DNA of 42,387 nt from Gammaproteobacteria bacterium (GTDB lineage Bacteria > Pseudomonadota > Gammaproteobacteria > JAJDYQ01), in the NCBI GenBank assembly GCA_022825085.1, contig JAJDYQ010000055.1:1-42387 (forward strand), read 5' to 3'. Below the pieces are notes generated by a model. That model was not told where the DNA came from, did not search any database, and saw only the letters and a list, made by a program, of their open reading frames with translations. Position 1 is the stretch's first letter, and each line of letters opens with the position of its first letter. Shown here one piece after another: positions 39,585 through 42,387 of the stretch. The translations under genes and the position numbers were made by a program.

Positions 39585-42387
39585 TCCTGTTCCCGGGCCT
39601 TATAAAAACTTAACTCAACACTCCAATTATCATCAGCCATCGCTCTATAGATAAGACTTCTGGGCCTAGGAGAACTCAACGCCAACAGATAAGAATCATC
39701 TGTAATGACCTCATATCCAAAATCCAGCACACAAGCACCTTCTCCCGTGCGTTTGAATCCTGGTGGGCAACCACTCTCATCCAGTTCCGGCAACTCTTCA
39801 TCCGGGACATATTCTTCATCGGGGGCCTTATCAATGGCCTTCGGTTCAGCGGCTTCCGGCTCAACGACCTCCGGTTCAACCGCTTCCGGCTCAATAACCT
39901 CAGGCTCAACGGCTTCCGGCTCAACGACCTCAGGCTCAACAGCTTCCGGCTCAACGACCTCAGGCTCAATGAGGTCCAAATCAATCAGATCCAGATCGAT
40001 AACATCCGGTTCGATAATATCAGTTTCAAAAGCATCGGCATCGATAGCATCGGTGGTTCCCGTATCATCGACATCTATGTCATCAAGAACATCAGGAGGC
40101 AGATAGTCATCGCTTTGTGTCTCCGGCAATGATACACCGGGCTCTACTCGACCGAATAGCTCGATATCTTCATCAAACAGACTTATATCAATGAATCCAA
40201 CGCCCTCAAGATCGGACCTGATCTGAGCGGATGCGAACAATGAAGCCGTATTTAATGCCGTCGCCTGAGTATTGTACTCTATCTCCAGTAATTCAGCCAG
40301 AACAATTGCACCCTCAGACTGCGTCGCTGAAGCCACACCACCCACCAGATTATTGACAAAAATTTCAGGGGCCGTACCGACCGCAAACTGAACTCCGGTC
40401 ATGCCACTCGATACGGAAACCTGTATTGCCGATGAAATCGTACCAATTTCCTCTTGTGCAACCAGATATAACGCATCTGCGCTAATGGTATCCAAATCTC
40501 TGCCAGGCTGGTTATATATACTGCCCTCCTGAGATAACAATGTCACCGAACCGGAGGCAGCGGTAATCGTATTGACCGTAATGTCGCCGCTGGAAATAAT
40601 AGCAAGATCAGTATTTGCAAACGCAATATCACCAGCAATATCGACTGACTCTGCAATATTCAACCTGTCAATATCACTAACATCATATAACCTTAGTAAA
40701 CTTGCAGTAGCATTTGCGGAGCTGGTACCATCCTCAGAGTAAGCACGATAATCAGACGAAACAAAATTACCATCTGCATCAAGTATTACACCGCCAATAA
40801 AAAGCCGCCCCAGATCAGTAAATGAATCACTATCAATATTAAAATCGACATCGCCATTAATCGACATATCAATTCCGGAAGACCCCGGCAGTATTGCCAG
40901 ACCGGCACCACCGGAACCAACGACACTTGCTGGAAAATCGATATCGTCAGCAGACAGTATCGTATCCTGATTAACCTGAACCCGGCCACCACCCAAACGT
41001 ATAAAAGATACAGCACTAATATCTGATCCAACATCTGAATCTTCACTACCAAAACTGACTGTAGCCGCTGCATTACTATTGATAGTCAGGTGACCAGATA
41101 TGTTCGCATCAATCTGCCAATTAAGCTGACTGCCGCGGAGATCAATGGTCACATTGCCATCAGAGGTAAACTCTGTTGGAGTTAGGGTCGCATTATTATC
41201 TCGCCGCTCAAATCCATTTTCCGTATGATCAAATATATTACCCTGCTGCAAAATAGTTACCGTATTCTGCTGAACAATAGTCACTGGATCATTAAATACA
41301 TAATCAGTACTTCTGAAGTGACCACCGACCACACTATCACCATGACCAAGTATCAGATTACTCCATCCTCTTGATGAACCATTAGCACTCTGCCCAAGTG
41401 CCGCCAGATCAATATCCGATATCTCCAGCACATCAGCAGTCGAGTCAATACCCCCGCCAATATTCAGCGGCGTATCAACATTATGCTGCCGAAGAATAAT
41501 ATTGTCTCCTCCCGGCAATACACTATTTTCTCCGCCGCGAAAATCTACCTCAGCAGCCGTGACAGTTAAATTATTAGAGACTGAAAGCGTATCTCCGATT
41601 TCAGTACCAAATGTTAGGACTCCATCATCCATATTAAATTCTATATCATCTGCCAGCACGACATCACCATCGAGCGTCAGGCTATTACCATTAGTATTGA
41701 ATAAATTTGCCAAGGTAATACTGCCGGATCCGGTAGCATTAATTGTAATATCATCATGAAGAATTACTTCTGAAACAGAAGATAAATCAATTCCACCTGA
41801 ACCATTAGCTCTTATTGAATCATATAAATTTACGACACCTGATCCCCGTATCAAAAGATCGTCTAGTAAGACAGAGTTGCCGACATTACCCAGACTTATA
41901 CTTTGATCGGTATTAATCGTAAGATCAAAATTACCATTCAGGCTATTTGCCGCATTTCCAAAGCTTATATCACCATCATCTGATATTATGGATACATTAC
42001 CCGTCAGGGATACGTTCGGCGTACCTGAAAAGTCCATGACCACCCCACTGCCATTATTCAGATTAATAGTTGTTAAACCACCTGCACCGCTATTACCAAT
42101 AAATATATTGGTAGCATCAATATCCAGTCCGGCGATACTTATGTTATTCGAATCAATAATAACATTGGTGCTGGCCTGTTCACCTGTTATGGTCAATTCA
42201 CCAAGGTGGGATGCTTCAACTGTAGCTGTACTGAAATCAGAACCAATATCCCCATAAAAGGAAATATTGCCACCATTCTCTGCATCCAGATTCAAGGCAT
42301 TATCTTCCCCCTCTTCACTCGACAAGCGCCCATTGAATACAATATCTCCTCCAGTTGATGTTATATTTGATGCCTCAATCACAATAA
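39581..42387 (-). CDS. C-terminal part of a large acidic secreted protein (haemagglutinin/beta-helix-like), 5'-partial
   Basis: The frame is open to the window edge for more than 930 codons. It is G/S/N/D/I/T-rich with beta-strand repeats (GDISF, GSITL, GNVTI) and has very few Lys or Cys. Confidence 0.8.
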   Translation of the reverse strand, partial: IVIEASNITSTGGDIVFNGRLSSEEGEDNALNLDAENGGNISFYGDIGSDFSTATVEASHLGELTITGEQASTNVIIDSNNISIAGLDIDATNIFIGNSGAGGLTTINLNNGSGVVMDFSGTPNVSLTGNVSIISDDGDISFGNAANSLNGNFDLTINTDQSISLGNVGNSVLLDDLLIRGSGVVNLYDSIRANGSGGIDLSSVSEVILHDDITINATGSGSITLANLFNTNGNSLTLDGDVVLADDIEFNMDDGVLTFGTEIGDTLSVSNNLTVTAAEVDFRGGENSVLPGGDNIILRQHNVDTPLNIGGGIDSTADVLEISDIDLAALGQSANGSSRGWSNLILGHGDSVVGGHFRSTDYVFNDPVTIVQQNTVTILQQGNIFDHTENGFERRDNNATLTPTEFTSDGNVTIDLRGSQLNWQIDANISGHLTINSNAAATVSFGSEDSDVGSDISAVSFIRLGGGRVQVNQDTILSADDIDFPASVVGSGGAGLAILPGSSGIDMSINGDVDFNIDSDSFTDLGRLFIGGVILDADGNFVSSDYRAYSEDGTSSANATASLLRLYDVSDIDRLNIAESVDIAGDIAFANTDLAIISSGDITVNTITAASGSVTLLSQEGSIYNQPGRDLDTISADALYLVAQEEIGTISSAIQVSVSSGMTGVQFAVGTAPEIFVNNLVGGVASATQSEGAIVLAELLEIEYNTQATALNTASLFASAQIRSDLEGVGFIDISLFDEDIELFGRVEPGVSLPETQSDDYLPPDVLDDIDVDDTGTTDAIDADAFETDIIEPDVIDLDLIDLDLIEPEVVEPEAVEPEVVEPEAVEPEVIEPEAVEPEVVEPEAAEPKAIDKAPDEEYVPDEELPELDESGCPPGFKRTGEGACVLDFGYEVITDDSYLLALSSPRPRSLIYRAMADDNWSVELSFYKAREQE
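39834..39968 (-). repeat. Intragenic tandem repeat, 15-bp units in a 30-bp higher-order period
   Basis: Encodes EPEVV-EPEAV-EPEVV-EPEAV-EPEVI-EPEAV-EPEVV-EPEAA-EPKAI; GCTTCCGGCTCAA recurs every 30 bp. Confidence 0.95.

Noticed and set aside
39676-40106. Ser/Thr-rich (+) and Leu/Ser/Arg-rich (-) repeat ORFs
   Set aside because: They are alternative-frame readings of the EPEVV tandem repeat inside the exoprotein gene.

Overview
This is a chromosomal, mostly housekeeping window from a gammaproteobacterium. The gene content suggests a chemolithoautotroph or methylotroph, which is inference. From left to right it holds: an orphan PhnD-like binding protein, a thioredoxin-family gene, a tkt-gap-pgk-pyk-fba operon, a YyaL-like gene ending an mreBCD-mrdA-rodA-mltB-rlpA operon, divergent gatCAB, trhP-coq7 opposite a [2Fe-2S] ferredoxin, a small beta-barrel OMP, three PilT/PilU ATPases, yggS-proC-yggT, a divergent HU-family gene, terB-like/mpl and a PPi-type phosphofructokinase. 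The right end is an accessory-looking minus-strand cluster: a partial giant acidic exoprotein with EPE(V/A)V repeats, SapC, an adenylate cyclase-FHA fusion and a frameshifted DJ-1/PfpI gene. I saw no rRNA, tRNA, CRISPR array or transposase. The most notable points are the exoprotein/SapC/cyclase-FHA module, a probable ATT start for mreC, a reversal of strand codon asymmetry across the window, an A7-tract frameshift in the DJ-1 gene and several structured intergenic repeats. All calls come from reading motifs by eye; no searches were run.
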